64,000 bases of DNA, from assembly GCA_049585415.1 (NCBI GenBank), contig JBAUZT010000019.1:10152-74151 (forward strand). The letters are read 5' to 3'. The stretch's first letter is position 1; each line of letters begins with the position of its first letter. A program made the translations under genes and the position numbers. Of this stretch, positions 38,544 to 48,481 are shown one piece after another. Below the pieces are notes generated by a model that did not search any database, was not told the DNA's origin, and saw nothing but the letters and a program-made list of their open reading frames with translations. This DNA comes from Thermoplasmata archaeon. Its GTDB lineage: Archaea > Thermoplasmatota > Thermoplasmata > Lutacidiplasmatales > UBA184.

Positions 38544-39227
38544 ATGACCGAGATTTTGCCGGGGATTCACCTGGTCCCCGGCGTCGACCCGAGCCCAGAT
38601 TTCACGACCCACGTCTACCTGGTAAAGGACAAGGGGTCCACGTGGACGCTGATCGATACCGGTCTTCCGGGAGCCCATGCCGCGATTGAGAGGTACCTCG
38701 CCCAGTTGAAGATCGAACCGACCTCGATCAAGAAGATCTTGCTCACCCACCTCCACCGGGACCACGTCGGGTCGCTGAAGCCGATGGCGAACCGCACGCA
38801 CGCCAAGACCTACGCTCACTGGATCGAGGCCGCGTACATTGCCGTAGACCCCCCCTACACCGGTCCCGGCACCCCCCCCGCCGAGCCGTTCGTCGTCGAC
38901 GAGACGTTCAAGGATGGCGACCTGATCGATGCCGCCGGTGGCCTCATCGCCTACCACACTCCGGGTCACACCCCCGGCCACACCTCCTACTACCAGCCCG
39001 AGCGGAAGCTCCTCTTCGGAGGCGACCTCTTCTTCGTGGATGGGGAGACGGTCTCTCTCACTCCGGACGAGTACAGCCACCACCGCCAGACCGCGCTGAT
39101 ATCGGCCCGTCGCATGAACCAACTCGCCGTGGATTCCCTGCTGAGCTACCACGGTGGTCCCGTGCTGAAGAACGGCGGCAAGGCGATGCGGGCGTTCGTC
39201 GAACCGAAGTTCGCGCAACCCAAGTAA
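38544..39227 (+). CDS. MBL-fold metallo-hydrolase
   Basis: HLHRDHVG (the HxHxDH motif), YHTPGHTPGH. Confidence 0.8.
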   Translation: MTEILPGIHLVPGVDPSPDFTTHVYLVKDKGSTWTLIDTGLPGAHAAIERYLAQLKIEPTSIKKILLTHLHRDHVGSLKPMANRTHAKTYAHWIEAAYIAVDPPYTGPGTPPAEPFVVDETFKDGDLIDAAGGLIAYHTPGHTPGHTSYYQPERKLLFGGDLFFVDGETVSLTPDEYSHHRQTALISARRMNQLAVDSLLSYHGGPVLKNGGKAMRAFVEPKFAQPK

Positions 39228-39274
39228 GGCCCGGGGCACGGCCCGGACCGCACGGCTCCTGCCCTCGTCGCCGA

Positions 39275-39349
39275 TGGGACTGGCCAGATTTGAACTGGCG
39301 TCTCGGAGTCCCGAACCCCGAAGGATGGACCAAGCTACCCCACAGTCCC
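39275..39349 (-). tRNA. tRNA-Pro (anticodon CGG)
   Basis: Reverse complement GGGACTG...CGGGG-TTCGGGA-CTCCG...GCCAG-TTCAAAT-CTGGC-CAGTCCC-A, with a perfect 7-bp acceptor stem. The D-arm is slightly atypical, so the anticodon call needs tRNAscan-SE confirmation. Confidence 0.7.
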
Positions 39350-39572
39350 AGCGCGAGGTCGCGGACCTCTCTGCGCTATTTGAGCACGCGGGACGAGCGC
39401 GGCCCATCGGAGAGAGAGCGGGTGTTTCGGGACCTCCCGGAGGTGGTATTCAAGGCGTTCCGGCCATCCGGAGCTCGACCGTATGACATCGTCGTCGAGC
39501 GCCCCTCCGCTGCCGGTACCTGCACTCGACTCCCTTTCGTGGAGCATTCCGGGCTTGCGGGAAGACCCGTCG

Positions 39573-40820
39573 ATGTGCATTCGATGCCGCTCGGCTCAGC
39601 TGCTCTGCGGTAAGCCCGTCTGTCCCATCCTGATCCGGTATCACGCCTTCGAAAGAACCCTCCCCATGGTCGGGGGCCGGGACCTCTCCGGAAGTTCACC
39701 TCCCGGGGTCTTCGTGGGCCGTTACGGGTATCCCAAGGTGTCGTTCGGACCCCTCCTGAGCGCCGAACACGGTTCGACCGAACTCCTCGATACCCCGGAG
39801 GATTGGGTCGGCCGGTCCGTGTCGGAGGTCGTCTCCTTCCGAACGGGCCTCGTGCGAGGGACGTCGCCTATCCGGGTCACCGACGCGGAACGTCCGATCC
39901 CCCTGCTCGAGGATATGCAGCTCCTCGGGATCGCGGCGGAGTCCGCGGAAAGCGAGACCCATTTCCGTCGCGCCCCCCGGGGCCATATCTCACTCACCGA
40001 CTCGGCACCGCCCTTTGGCCCGTCCGCCCCGATCGAACGATTCCATCTCGACGTCCGGCGGGTCGACCCGCATCTGGACCGGCTCTCGTCGGACACCGAC
40101 GCGAACGCTCGCATCGCGGTCGGGGAGCTGTACGAACGCGGAGTGCGAGTGAGCCGGATCCAGCGGGCGTTCAGCGTGGGGACCCTCGGTCGCTCGGGCC
40201 GGCGGCGCCTCGTCCCCACGCGGTGGAGCATCACCGCGGTCGACGATCTCCTGTCGAAGCGCAACCTCGAGACGATCCGCGACCTTCCCGAGCTCTCCGA
40301 GATCCTCGTCCACCGGCTGACCGCGCTCGATAACCGGTGGGTCGTGGCGTTCCTCCCCGGCGCCTACCGGTACGAATCGATCGAGGCGTGGTACCCGAAC
40401 ACCCTATGGAACCCCGACACGACGAACATCGTGATCATGGGCGACCACGAGGGCCACGACGGGCGGACGACATACGCCGCGATCGGGGGATGTTACTACG
40501 CGGCCCGACTCGCCACGAGCGAGGCGCTCCTGAGCCTGGGCCGCCAGGCGGGCGTGGTCGTGCTCCGCGAAGTGCACCCCGGGGAGATTCTGCCCCTCGG
40601 CGTCTGGAACGTTCGAGAGCACGTACGGGCCGCGCTCCGCCGCCCTCCCGAGCACGTCTCGAGCCTCGCGGAGCTCTCGGCGACGATCGGCGCGACGTTC
40701 GCGATCCCACTCTCTCGCTGGCTCAAAGCAAGCGCCGTGCTCCACGACGCCCGGACCCAGCGCCGGCTCGACGAATGGCTCGTCGATCGCCCCTCGGAGC
40801 ACGTTACCGGAGCTAACTGA
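39573..40820 (+). CDS. NreA-like archaeal DNA-repair-associated protein (Nre_N/Nre_C family), tentative
   Basis: N-terminal C-x2-C...C-x4-C zinc motif (MCIRCRSAQLLCGKPVCP) followed by VFVGRYGYP. The length and architecture resemble the archaeal Nre family. The start could alternatively be 39483. Confidence 0.4.
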   Translation: MCIRCRSAQLLCGKPVCPILIRYHAFERTLPMVGGRDLSGSSPPGVFVGRYGYPKVSFGPLLSAEHGSTELLDTPEDWVGRSVSEVVSFRTGLVRGTSPIRVTDAERPIPLLEDMQLLGIAAESAESETHFRRAPRGHISLTDSAPPFGPSAPIERFHLDVRRVDPHLDRLSSDTDANARIAVGELYERGVRVSRIQRAFSVGTLGRSGRRRLVPTRWSITAVDDLLSKRNLETIRDLPELSEILVHRLTALDNRWVVAFLPGAYRYESIEAWYPNTLWNPDTTNIVIMGDHEGHDGRTTYAAIGGCYYAARLATSEALLSLGRQAGVVVLREVHPGEILPLGVWNVREHVRAALRRPPEHVSSLAELSATIGATFAIPLSRWLKASAVLHDARTQRRLDEWLVDRPSEHVTGAN

Positions 40821-41787
40821 ATCGCTCGCCGCAGCGACCACAGAACGTGTCGGCGGCGGTTCGAGGGGCCCCGCACCGCGGGCAGGTGGCCGGCGAGCGC
40901 GGGGTTCCGCATCCCCGACAGAACGCGTCGTCCGGGGTCGTGGGGTAACCGCAATGGGGGCAGCGCGAGGCGCTCGCCGCTCGCTCGGCGGCCTGGTCCG
41001 GGTCAAGCCCACCGGCCCCGCTCGATAGGGGCGGAGCGCCGACCGCGGGGGCGACCGTGCCGAGGTTTCCCCCGAGGCCCCGCCGCCCTTTGAGCGCGAA
41101 CGAGAACGCCTCGGTGTACTGGCCGGCGGCGAACGCCTGCTCGGCCTTCCCCTGGAAATCGATGGCCGCGAGGGTCGCCGGCTCCGATGGATGGGACTGG
41201 CGGGCGGTGACGAGGTCGGAGTCGAGCAGTTTCATCTCGAACTGCGACTCGACCTGGTTCCGCGGCAGACCCGTCGAGCCCGGACCGGGAGTCACGGCGG
41301 TGGCCCCGGCCCGGAGGGCCCCGGGGCCGGTCGAGCGCGGGTCCGGCCCGCGCGTCCCCGAGTTCGTCCGCGGGGCCATCGGTTCCGAAGTCGAAACGGG
41401 GGTCGACGGGAGCGCTTGGCCGTGGCGGATCGCGACCAGGTTCTCGTGGGCGGACTGCGCGAGCTCGTAGGCCCGGTCCATCTGTCCGAGGTCGAACGCC
41501 GATTGCGACTGGGCGATCATCGACCGCGCCTTCGAGATGTCCGTGCCCTGCCGGGCCAGGATCGCCGCCTCCCGTCGGGCCATCTCGAGGCGGTTGTACG
41601 CGCGGTCCGCGTTCAGTCGCGGGCTCGCGCGAAGTTCTCCGAGCAGCTCGGCCTTGCGGAGTCGAAGGCGCCGGATCGCGAAGAGGCCGATGGCGATGGC
41701 GACGATGATGAGCACGACCGCGACGGCGATGAGCTCGTAGAGCTGGGTCGTCGCCACGCGTTGCCTTTCCGCCGGGCCTCGCGCCAC
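40813..41787 (-). CDS. membrane-anchored protein with C-terminal tandem zinc-ribbon motifs
   Basis: N-terminal TM (LIAVAVVLIIVAIAIGLFAI), a helical middle, and a C-terminus with CPHCG...CRGCG...CPRCG...CGRCG (a double zinc ribbon). Confidence 0.5.
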   Translation of the reverse strand: MARGPAERQRVATTQLYELIAVAVVLIIVAIAIGLFAIRRLRLRKAELLGELRASPRLNADRAYNRLEMARREAAILARQGTDISKARSMIAQSQSAFDLGQMDRAYELAQSAHENLVAIRHGQALPSTPVSTSEPMAPRTNSGTRGPDPRSTGPGALRAGATAVTPGPGSTGLPRNQVESQFEMKLLDSDLVTARQSHPSEPATLAAIDFQGKAEQAFAAGQYTEAFSFALKGRRGLGGNLGTVAPAVGAPPLSSGAGGLDPDQAAERAASASRCPHCGYPTTPDDAFCRGCGTPRSPATCPRCGAPRTAADTFCGRCGERFS

Positions 41788-41884
41788 CGCGCCCGCGGGT
41801 TGCCCGACAGCGGAATATGTGCGGCTCTCGGGTATTTAGACCGACGCTTCGGGGCGGCGCCCGCTCTCGGGGGTCGCCGTGCGC

Positions 41885-43090
41885 CTAGAAGACCGTCAGC
41901 TTGCCGGTCAGCAGGCGTCGCGGGATCGTATCGATCTGGTCCATCCAACCGTTCGCGACCGCCTCGGCCTTCGCCTTCACCGCCGAGAGCTTGATCCCGT
42001 CCGCGGGGAGGATCTGCAGGCTCGCGACCTGGGGCTGGTCGACCGGTTTTCCGATCTGGGAGAGGATCTTCACGTGGACCTCCTTGACGTTCCCACCGGT
42101 CTCCTTGACGATGTCGTTCGCGATCAGGTTGCCCAAGATGTTGTAGATCTTCCCGACGTGGTTGACGGGGTTCTTGCCCGCGGACGCTTCGAGACTCATC
42201 GGGCGGCACGGAGTGATGAGCCCGTTCGCGCGATTGCCGCGTCCGACCGAGCCGTCGTCGCCCGCTTCCATCGAGCAGCCGGTCACGGTGAGGTAGAAGC
42301 GGCCGAGCTCGGGGTCGTCCGCGGTGTTGACATCGATCGCGACCTCTCGCTGGGTGAGCTTGGCCGCCTGGTCGGCGAGCTGCTCTTCGATCTGGTCGCA
42401 GACCGCGCGGTACTCCTTCGGGTTCGCGATCTCGCTGTCGACGAGCGCCGCGGCGACGGTCAGGCGGATCTTGTCGCCCTGTCGGTAGCCCATCACCTTG
42501 ACGTCCTCGCCGAGGGCCGGGAGCTTCTTCTTCAGCTTGAGCGTGAGAAAGTGCTCGCTTTCGAGGACGAGCCGCTCGAGGTCCGAAAGGGGAGCGAATC
42601 CGACCCCGAAGGACGTGTCGTTCGAGAGCACGTTCTTCTGTTCGAAGACCCCCCGGAGGTCGACCGACCCCTGGCCGATCTTGCAATCGAACTCGACGTG
42701 CTTGTCCACGTCGATGTGGGCGCAGATCGACTGGACATACTTGCGGGCGGCCTCGATCGCGGTGTCGTGGATCGGGAGCTTCTCGCCGTTCACTTCGGAC
42801 GTCGCGCGACCGACGAGGAGCATGTAGATCGGCTGCGTCACTACGCCGCCACCGAACTTCGGCTCGGACGCCCCGCCCACGACCTGGGTCTCGTCCGTGT
42901 TGTGGTGCAGGATGCGTCCGAACTCGTCGAGGTACAGGCGCGAGAGCGCCCGGCTGACCGATTCGGAGACCCCGTCGGCCATCGAGTCCGGGTGGCCGAG
43001 CCCCTTCCGCTCGACCATCTCGACGAACTGGTCTTCGATGTGGACGGTCCGGAGCGGCTCCACCTGGAAGTTACGAGGCATCGGGGTCAC
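41885..43090 (-). CDS. mat: S-adenosylmethionine synthetase, archaeal type
   Basis: Strong match to the archaeal MAT family ([22 protein letters not shown]; about 400 aa). Confidence 0.9.
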   Translation of the reverse strand: MTPMPRNFQVEPLRTVHIEDQFVEMVERKGLGHPDSMADGVSESVSRALSRLYLDEFGRILHHNTDETQVVGGASEPKFGGGVVTQPIYMLLVGRATSEVNGEKLPIHDTAIEAARKYVQSICAHIDVDKHVEFDCKIGQGSVDLRGVFEQKNVLSNDTSFGVGFAPLSDLERLVLESEHFLTLKLKKKLPALGEDVKVMGYRQGDKIRLTVAAALVDSEIANPKEYRAVCDQIEEQLADQAAKLTQREVAIDVNTADDPELGRFYLTVTGCSMEAGDDGSVGRGNRANGLITPCRPMSLEASAGKNPVNHVGKIYNILGNLIANDIVKETGGNVKEVHVKILSQIGKPVDQPQVASLQILPADGIKLSAVKAKAEAVANGWMDQIDTIPRRLLTGKLTVF

Positions 43091-43162
43091 TTCGGTCGGC
43101 CGAGTCGGGGGTGGGTTTAAGGGTTACTCGAAGACGAAGCCGAAGAACCGCCTGCCGGCGCC

Positions 43163-44716
43163 TCAGGAGTTACGCCGCGCGCAGAGCGATTTCCTCATGT
43201 GAGGACCCGACCGCTCGTAGCCCAAGGCGCGATAATACTCCCGGGTCCCGACCGCGCTGGTCACGTACACCCCCGAGAATCCCGCCTGCCCTGCCGCCGC
43301 CTCAGCCGCCGCGAGGAGGGAGCGTCCGAACCCCCGGTGCTGATAGTCGGTCGGCCGGCCCGCACGCGTTCCCACGGCCACCTCGCTGCCGACGACCTTG
43401 AGCTCCCGGACCACCGGCTCTGTCAGCCCTCCCTCGGTCGACGACGACGGGAAGCGGAGCCGAACGAACCCGGCGACCGTATCCGTGACCTCGTCCTCCC
43501 ACGCGAAGAAGACCTCGCGTCCACCACTCGCCTCGTACTCCGTACGGTGCAGCCGGAACGCATCGAACGGGGGGGTGGCTCGCCGGCCGGCCTCCCGGCA
43601 CCGAAGGCACCGACAGTCGAGGCCGCTCTCGCGAAGACGGCTCCGCGCCATCTGACGAACGTTGCTCGCGCGGACCCCGGCCGCAACGAGTCGGGCGGGG
43701 ATGTCGCGCTGGATCCGTTGGATGCGAACCCAGGGGGGGACGATCCGCTTCATCTCGGCGAGCACTTCGACCGCCGTCGGGGTATCGTACGGGTCGTACC
43801 GACCGGCCTTCCAATCGGTGTAGAGCGGGGTCCCGGGCAGGACGAGGGTCGGGTAGATCTTCAGGAGGTCGGGACGAAACTCCGGTGACGACCACAGGAG
43901 TCGGAAATCCTCGAGGTCCCGGGCGGGGTCCATCCCCGGGAGGCCGATCATCCAGTGGTAGCAGACCTTGAGCCCGCGGTCGCGCAGCTCTCGGGTCGCT
44001 CGGGCCACGTCACCCGCGTCGTGGGCGCGACCCACGGCCGTGAGGACGTCGTCGTGCAGGCACTCGACGCCGATCTCCACCCGGGTCACCCCGGCGTCGA
44101 GGAGGAACGGCAGGACGCGCTCGTCGCACCAGTCCGGTCGGGTCTCTACGGTAAGACCGACCATCCGGTGCTCCGCCGACTCGTTCCGCGTGACCGCGGC
44201 CGCGAGCGTGGGCGCGGGGGAGCCGTTCAATCCGTCGTAGATCCCGTGGAGGACCGTTTCCTGGTAGCTCTGGGGGCGGGCGGGAAACGTGCCGCCCATC
44301 ACGATCACCTCGACCTTGGAGGTCGGATGCCCGATCGCCTCGAGGGTCTCCAAGCGGTGGCGCGTGATCTCGGCGGAGTCCCAGTGGAATTCCGCGCCGC
44401 GCAGCGCGGACGGCTCTTCGCCCGTGTAGCTCTGGGGGCTCGCATTCTCGACGCCGCCGGGGCAGTACGTGCATCGTCCGTGAGGGCAACGCGCGGGAGC
44501 GGTCATGACCGCGACCACGGCGACCCCGGAGAGCGTGCGCGACGGCTTCCGTCGGACCGAGCCCGCGAACCGCGCCTGCTCCTCCGGCGGTAACGATCGG
44601 ATCCACTCGACGTTCGAGGGGAGCGGTCCCGCGGGTCGGGCCTTCGCTCGCGCGAGCTTCTCGCGGTGCACGTCCTCGGGAGAGGGCGGAACCCCGACCG
44701 CTACCGGTGGAGCCAT
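43163..44716 (-). CDS. elp3: tRNA uridine(34) acetyltransferase Elp3 (radical SAM plus GNAT)
   Basis: Radical-SAM Cys cluster (CPHGRCTYCPGG) followed by a C-terminal GNAT domain (YQHRGFGRSLL). The start is at 44716 (MAPPVAV). The upstream part of the 689-aa track ORF overlaps the IDI-2 gene. Confidence 0.85.
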   Translation of the reverse strand: MAPPVAVGVPPSPEDVHREKLARAKARPAGPLPSNVEWIRSLPPEEQARFAGSVRRKPSRTLSGVAVVAVMTAPARCPHGRCTYCPGGVENASPQSYTGEEPSALRGAEFHWDSAEITRHRLETLEAIGHPTSKVEVIVMGGTFPARPQSYQETVLHGIYDGLNGSPAPTLAAAVTRNESAEHRMVGLTVETRPDWCDERVLPFLLDAGVTRVEIGVECLHDDVLTAVGRAHDAGDVARATRELRDRGLKVCYHWMIGLPGMDPARDLEDFRLLWSSPEFRPDLLKIYPTLVLPGTPLYTDWKAGRYDPYDTPTAVEVLAEMKRIVPPWVRIQRIQRDIPARLVAAGVRASNVRQMARSRLRESGLDCRCLRCREAGRRATPPFDAFRLHRTEYEASGGREVFFAWEDEVTDTVAGFVRLRFPSSSTEGGLTEPVVRELKVVGSEVAVGTRAGRPTDYQHRGFGRSLLAAAEAAAGQAGFSGVYVTSAVGTREYYRALGYERSGPHMRKSLCARRNS

Positions 44717-45846
44717 TGGCGGCTCTCTCCCGTCAGAAGGTACGGGGCGCGGCGCAGGTCGTCGAGCGTTCGAGAGCCGGTGAGGAACATCGCGACCTTG
44801 AGCTCGTAGACGAGTTGCTCGAGCTCTCGGCGGGCGTCGTCGTAGCCGGTCGAGGCGGCGCGCAACACGCCCCCCGCGGTTCCGGCCGCCGTCGCGCCCA
44901 GCGCGATGGCCCGGGCGACATCGAGACCCGAGCGGATCCCCCCGCTCGCGACCACGGGAACTCCGAGGGGAACGAGCTCCAGGACGGAGACCGGCGAAGG
45001 GATCCCCCAATCCCAGAACGTTTTTCCGACCCGGGCCTCGCGATCGGCCCCCTGCTCGGCCGCGCGGTAATGCTCGACCGCGGCGAAGGAGGTGCCGCCC
45101 GTCCCGCTCACATCGAACGCCCGAATCTTTCGGTCGAGCAGCTCTTCCGCGACGTCCCGGGAGATCCCGGCCCCGGTCTCCTTGACGAGGACCGGGAACT
45201 GGGCCGCGAGCTCGCCGATCTTGTCGAGGCATCCCTTCGCCCGTCGGTCCCCTTCGGGTTGGACCATCTCCTGAAGGAAGTTCAGGTGGATCGCGAGCGT
45301 GTCCGCGCCGATGAGCTCCATCGCCGCGCGCACCTCGTCGACCCCCACGACCCGGTCGCCCGGCCCCTGGGGGATGATCTGGGGGGCACCTATGTTGGCG
45401 AATTTGAGCGGTACCTTGTGGCGGGCGACGGTCGCGTAACTTTCGGGGTACTGGCCCTTCAGGACCGCCGCGCGCTCGCTCCCCACGCCCATCGCGACCC
45501 CGACCTCCTCGGCGGCCCGAGCGAGGTTGTCGTTGATCTTCGCGGCGTCGGGGAACCCTCCGGTCATGCCGGTGATCACGATCGGGGCCGCGAGCCGCTT
45601 CCCCAGCAGCGTGACCGACGGGTCGATGTCCGCGAAGTCGACCTCGGGGAGGGCCTTGTGGATGAGCTGGATGTCGTTCCAGTAACGGTACCGTCCCTCG
45701 ACGTTCTGACCGAGGACGACCTTGACGTGCTCCGCCTTTCGATGGCTCAGGTCGAGCCCGGACGGGTCCGAGGGCTTATCCGGACCGCGCGCGCGCCCAG
45801 CTCCCATAGACCATTTCCCCCCGAAGGGCGCGCGAGAGCCCACCAT
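44701..45846 (-). CDS. fni: isopentenyl-diphosphate δ-isomerase, type 2 (FMN-dependent)
   Basis: The type-2 IDI TIM-barrel motifs (SHRKAEHV, ITGMTGG, SGTGGTSFAAVE, ASGGIRSGLDVA). The true start is possibly the internal ATG at 45807. Confidence 0.8.
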   Translation of the reverse strand: MVGSRAPFGGKWSMGAGRARGPDKPSDPSGLDLSHRKAEHVKVVLGQNVEGRYRYWNDIQLIHKALPEVDFADIDPSVTLLGKRLAAPIVITGMTGGFPDAAKINDNLARAAEEVGVAMGVGSERAAVLKGQYPESYATVARHKVPLKFANIGAPQIIPQGPGDRVVGVDEVRAAMELIGADTLAIHLNFLQEMVQPEGDRRAKGCLDKIGELAAQFPVLVKETGAGISRDVAEELLDRKIRAFDVSGTGGTSFAAVEHYRAAEQGADREARVGKTFWDWGIPSPVSVLELVPLGVPVVASGGIRSGLDVARAIALGATAAGTAGGVLRAASTGYDDARRELEQLVYELKVAMFLTGSRTLDDLRRAPYLLTGESRQWLHR

Positions 45847-46594
45847 CCGTCAGTCCGCTAATAAGACCTGCGTCCGCGCCGGCGCCCGCGATGCGCAACA
45901 TCGTCTCCGCCTTCCCCCGGATCCCGCCGGTGACGTCCACAGCATCCGCCCCGGGGCGGAGCGCGGCGACCACGGACTCGGAGAGCTCGGTCGCTACGGT
46001 GCGCCGGCCGCGCGGCGATCCTTCGAGCACGCCCGGCACGTCGCTCACGAAGACGACCCGTTCCGGACGGAGGGGGCCGACCAGTTGTTCCGCGATCGTG
46101 TCCGCGCTCAGGATCGAGGCCCCCCAACGTTCGTCGGGCACGACGTCGCCGAACGACACCGGTAGGAGGCCCCGCCCGAGGCTCTCCGAGAACGGCGACG
46201 AGTCGAAAGCGACCAGTTTTCCTTCTCGGTTGCGCGCGTGAGTCGCGACCGGGACCGACGCGGGGGACGCTCCCGCACGAACGAGGGCGCGGAGGACCAG
46301 GAGGTGGAGTCGACGGACCTCGGTCGCGACGATCGCCGCCCCCCGAGCGCGCTCTCCGACCGACTCCGAGGGCAGGGGAGCCCGTGCGAGCCCGAACCGC
46401 TTCGCCCCCGGGTGGCCGAACGAGCCCGCACCGTGAAGGACGATGACCCGCCGATCCTTCTCGCCCGAGATCTCCGCGGCCAATCGCGCGAGGACCTTCG
46501 GGCGCACCCGCTCGACCTCGCGTTTCCGCGTGATGACCGAGCCTCCGAGCTTGACGATGACGAGCGGCCTATCCTCGGAGGCCGACACCGACAT
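45776..46594 (-). CDS. ipk: isopentenyl phosphate kinase (amino-acid-kinase family)
   Basis: VIVKLGGSVIT and HGAGSFGH motifs. The start at 46594 (MSVSASEDRPL) lies inside a longer track ORF. Confidence 0.8.
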   Translation of the reverse strand: MSVSASEDRPLVIVKLGGSVITRKREVERVRPKVLARLAAEISGEKDRRVIVLHGAGSFGHPGAKRFGLARAPLPSESVGERARGAAIVATEVRRLHLLVLRALVRAGASPASVPVATHARNREGKLVAFDSSPFSESLGRGLLPVSFGDVVPDERWGASILSADTIAEQLVGPLRPERVVFVSDVPGVLEGSPRGRRTVATELSESVVAALRPGADAVDVTGGIRGKAETMLRIAGAGADAGLISGLTDGGLSRALRGEMVYGSWARARSG

Positions 46595-46611
46595 TCGAGC
46601 GGACCTACGAA

Positions 46612-46836
46612 TTATGCGTGATCCAGCCCGGCGCGGTCGTTCAGGAACATGAGGACGGCGACGAGGACGAGGAGCGTCCCGATGACGAAGTACGGCCAGT
46701 CGATCTGTTCGGCGCCCCACCAGAGGGAGAGGATGCCCGTGGCCGAGATCAGCGCCGCGGCGACCACCCACGGCACGGAGATCGGACTCGAGACGTGTGG
46801 GGCGTGCTCCTCGGAGGAGTGGCCGTACTCCGACAT
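46612..46836 (-). CDS. small two-TM membrane protein (hypothetical)
   Basis: 74 aa with two clear hydrophobic helices. No recognisable family. Confidence 0.3.
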   Translation of the reverse strand: MSEYGHSSEEHAPHVSSPISVPWVVAAALISATGILSLWWGAEQIDWPYFVIGTLLVLVAVLMFLNDRAGLDHA

Positions 46837-47148
46837 CGAAAAACGGGACGCGTCCCCCCTTCAAATGCGTTCGGTCGAAGTCGTCGGGCCCTTCCGACGG
46901 TCACCGGGCCGACGCGACGCAGTCTGCGCGACTCCGGCACCGAAAATTCAAAATTTCTTACAGAAGGTTCTTATGGCACGCGCTCCTCGCATCGCCGCCC
47001 GAGGCCCGGGTAGGCGTCGACGGTGCCACCTGAATCAGACGACCGGTCACCGGAAACGGCGGCCCGGTTGGAATCGCAAACCGCCACTGGGGCGGCCACG
47101 CCCGTCAGTGACCGCCCCCCGAGCGGAGGGGCCGCGCCCGATCCCGCC
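46837..47148. other. candidate replication-origin/promoter region upstream of orc1/cdc6
   Basis: An AT-rich island (GAAAATTCAAAATTTCTTACAGAAGGTTCTTATGG) unusual for this genome, a 12-bp perfect palindrome GGGACGCGTCCC (46845..46856), and inverted partial ORB-like cores (CACCGGAAAC ... CCAGTGG on the opposite strand). Confidence 0.25.
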
Positions 47149-48450
47149 ATGGGGTCCGCGTCCCCTCCGCCCGGAACCACCGCCACCGAGTTCCTCGATG
47201 CGTTCCTTCAGCAGAAGAGCGAACTGTTCCGGGAGAGCCGCGAGGTCCTTCGCGATTCGTACGTTCCCGCGCGCCTCCCCCATCGGGACGGGGAGATCCG
47301 TCAGGTCGCGGAAGTGCTCGCGCCCGCGTTGCGCGGGGACGTGCCGTCAAACCTCTTGATCTACGGCAAGATCGGGACCGGGAAGACCGCGGTCGTCACG
47401 CAGGTCCGCCAGGACATCCAGCGGCGCGCCGAGGGCACCTCGAAGGTCACGTTCGTCACCGTCAACTGCGGGAACATCGACACCGCCTACAGTCTGCTCC
47501 AGAACGTCGGCAACACGTTCGCGAAGACCGAGGCCGACCGCATCCCCACGGGCTGGTCGCTCGACCGGGTCCAGGCCGCGATGCGTCGGTTGATGGACAC
47601 GAAGGGCGGGACGATCGTCCTCGTGCTGGACGAGATCGACCGACTGGTCGCACGGAGCGGCGACAACGTCCTCTACACGCTGAGCCAGCTCAACACCGAG
47701 CTCGAGACCGCCCGCCTCGTCCTCCTCGGGATCTCGAACGACCTCAAGTTCACGAACCACCTCGATGCGCGGGTTCGCAGCCGCCTCAACGAGGAAAAGA
47801 TCCTCTTCGACCCGTACAAGGCGCCCCAGCTCCAGGATATCCTTCAGGACCGCGCGAAGGTCGCCTTCCGCGACGGGGTCGTCGACCCCGGCGTGATCGA
47901 GCTGTGCGCGGCCTACGCCCAGCTCGAGAGCGGCGACGCCCGCCGCGCCCTCGCGCTCCTCCGGCTCGCCGCCGAGATGGCCGAGCGCGACCACGCGAAG
48001 CGGATCACCCGCGATCACGTCGTGAAGGCGAAGAACCGCCTCGAGAAGGACATCATCATCGAGTGCTGCCGATCGCTCCCGCCCCATTGCAAGGTCCTCC
48101 TCTACGCGATCCTCCAGTCGTACGAGCGACGCCGTACCGGCGTCCTCACCGGCGAGGTCTACGACAACTACAAGCGCCTCGCAGAGCGCCTCGGTCTCGC
48201 ACCGCTCCACGCCCGGTCAATCTCGAACTACGTGAGCGAGCTCGAGTCGCTGGGCCTCATCCGCGCGACGATCGTCTCCCGGGGCCGCGGAGGCCGCACT
48301 CGGGAGATCCAGGTCGACGTACCGATCTCGGAGACGATGCCCGCGCTCGAAGAGGACCCGCTCCTCGCGCCGATCGGTCGACCGAAGAGCCGCGGCCAGA
48401 CGCTCCTCACGAACTTCGACAATCCGGGGCGCACCGGTCCGACGTACTGA
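47149..48450 (+). CDS. orc1: Orc1/Cdc6 replication initiator
   Basis: AAA+ Walker A LLIYGKIGTGKT, Walker B VLVLDEID, a winged-helix C-terminus. An N-terminal LRDSYVPARLPHRDGEI region. The start could alternatively be 47023. Confidence 0.85.
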   Translation: MGSASPPPGTTATEFLDAFLQQKSELFRESREVLRDSYVPARLPHRDGEIRQVAEVLAPALRGDVPSNLLIYGKIGTGKTAVVTQVRQDIQRRAEGTSKVTFVTVNCGNIDTAYSLLQNVGNTFAKTEADRIPTGWSLDRVQAAMRRLMDTKGGTIVLVLDEIDRLVARSGDNVLYTLSQLNTELETARLVLLGISNDLKFTNHLDARVRSRLNEEKILFDPYKAPQLQDILQDRAKVAFRDGVVDPGVIELCAAYAQLESGDARRALALLRLAAEMAERDHAKRITRDHVVKAKNRLEKDIIIECCRSLPPHCKVLLYAILQSYERRRTGVLTGEVYDNYKRLAERLGLAPLHARSISNYVSELESLGLIRATIVSRGRGGRTREIQVDVPISETMPALEEDPLLAPIGRPKSRGQTLLTNFDNPGRTGPTY

Positions 48451-48481
48451 TCTCCCCGACCCGGGGCCCGGCCGTCCCAGC

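Noticed and set aside
39290-39613. Short ORFs of about 100 aa overlapping tRNA-Pro and the upstream region of the Nre-like gene.
   Set aside because: They overlap a tRNA gene and show composition bias. No support.
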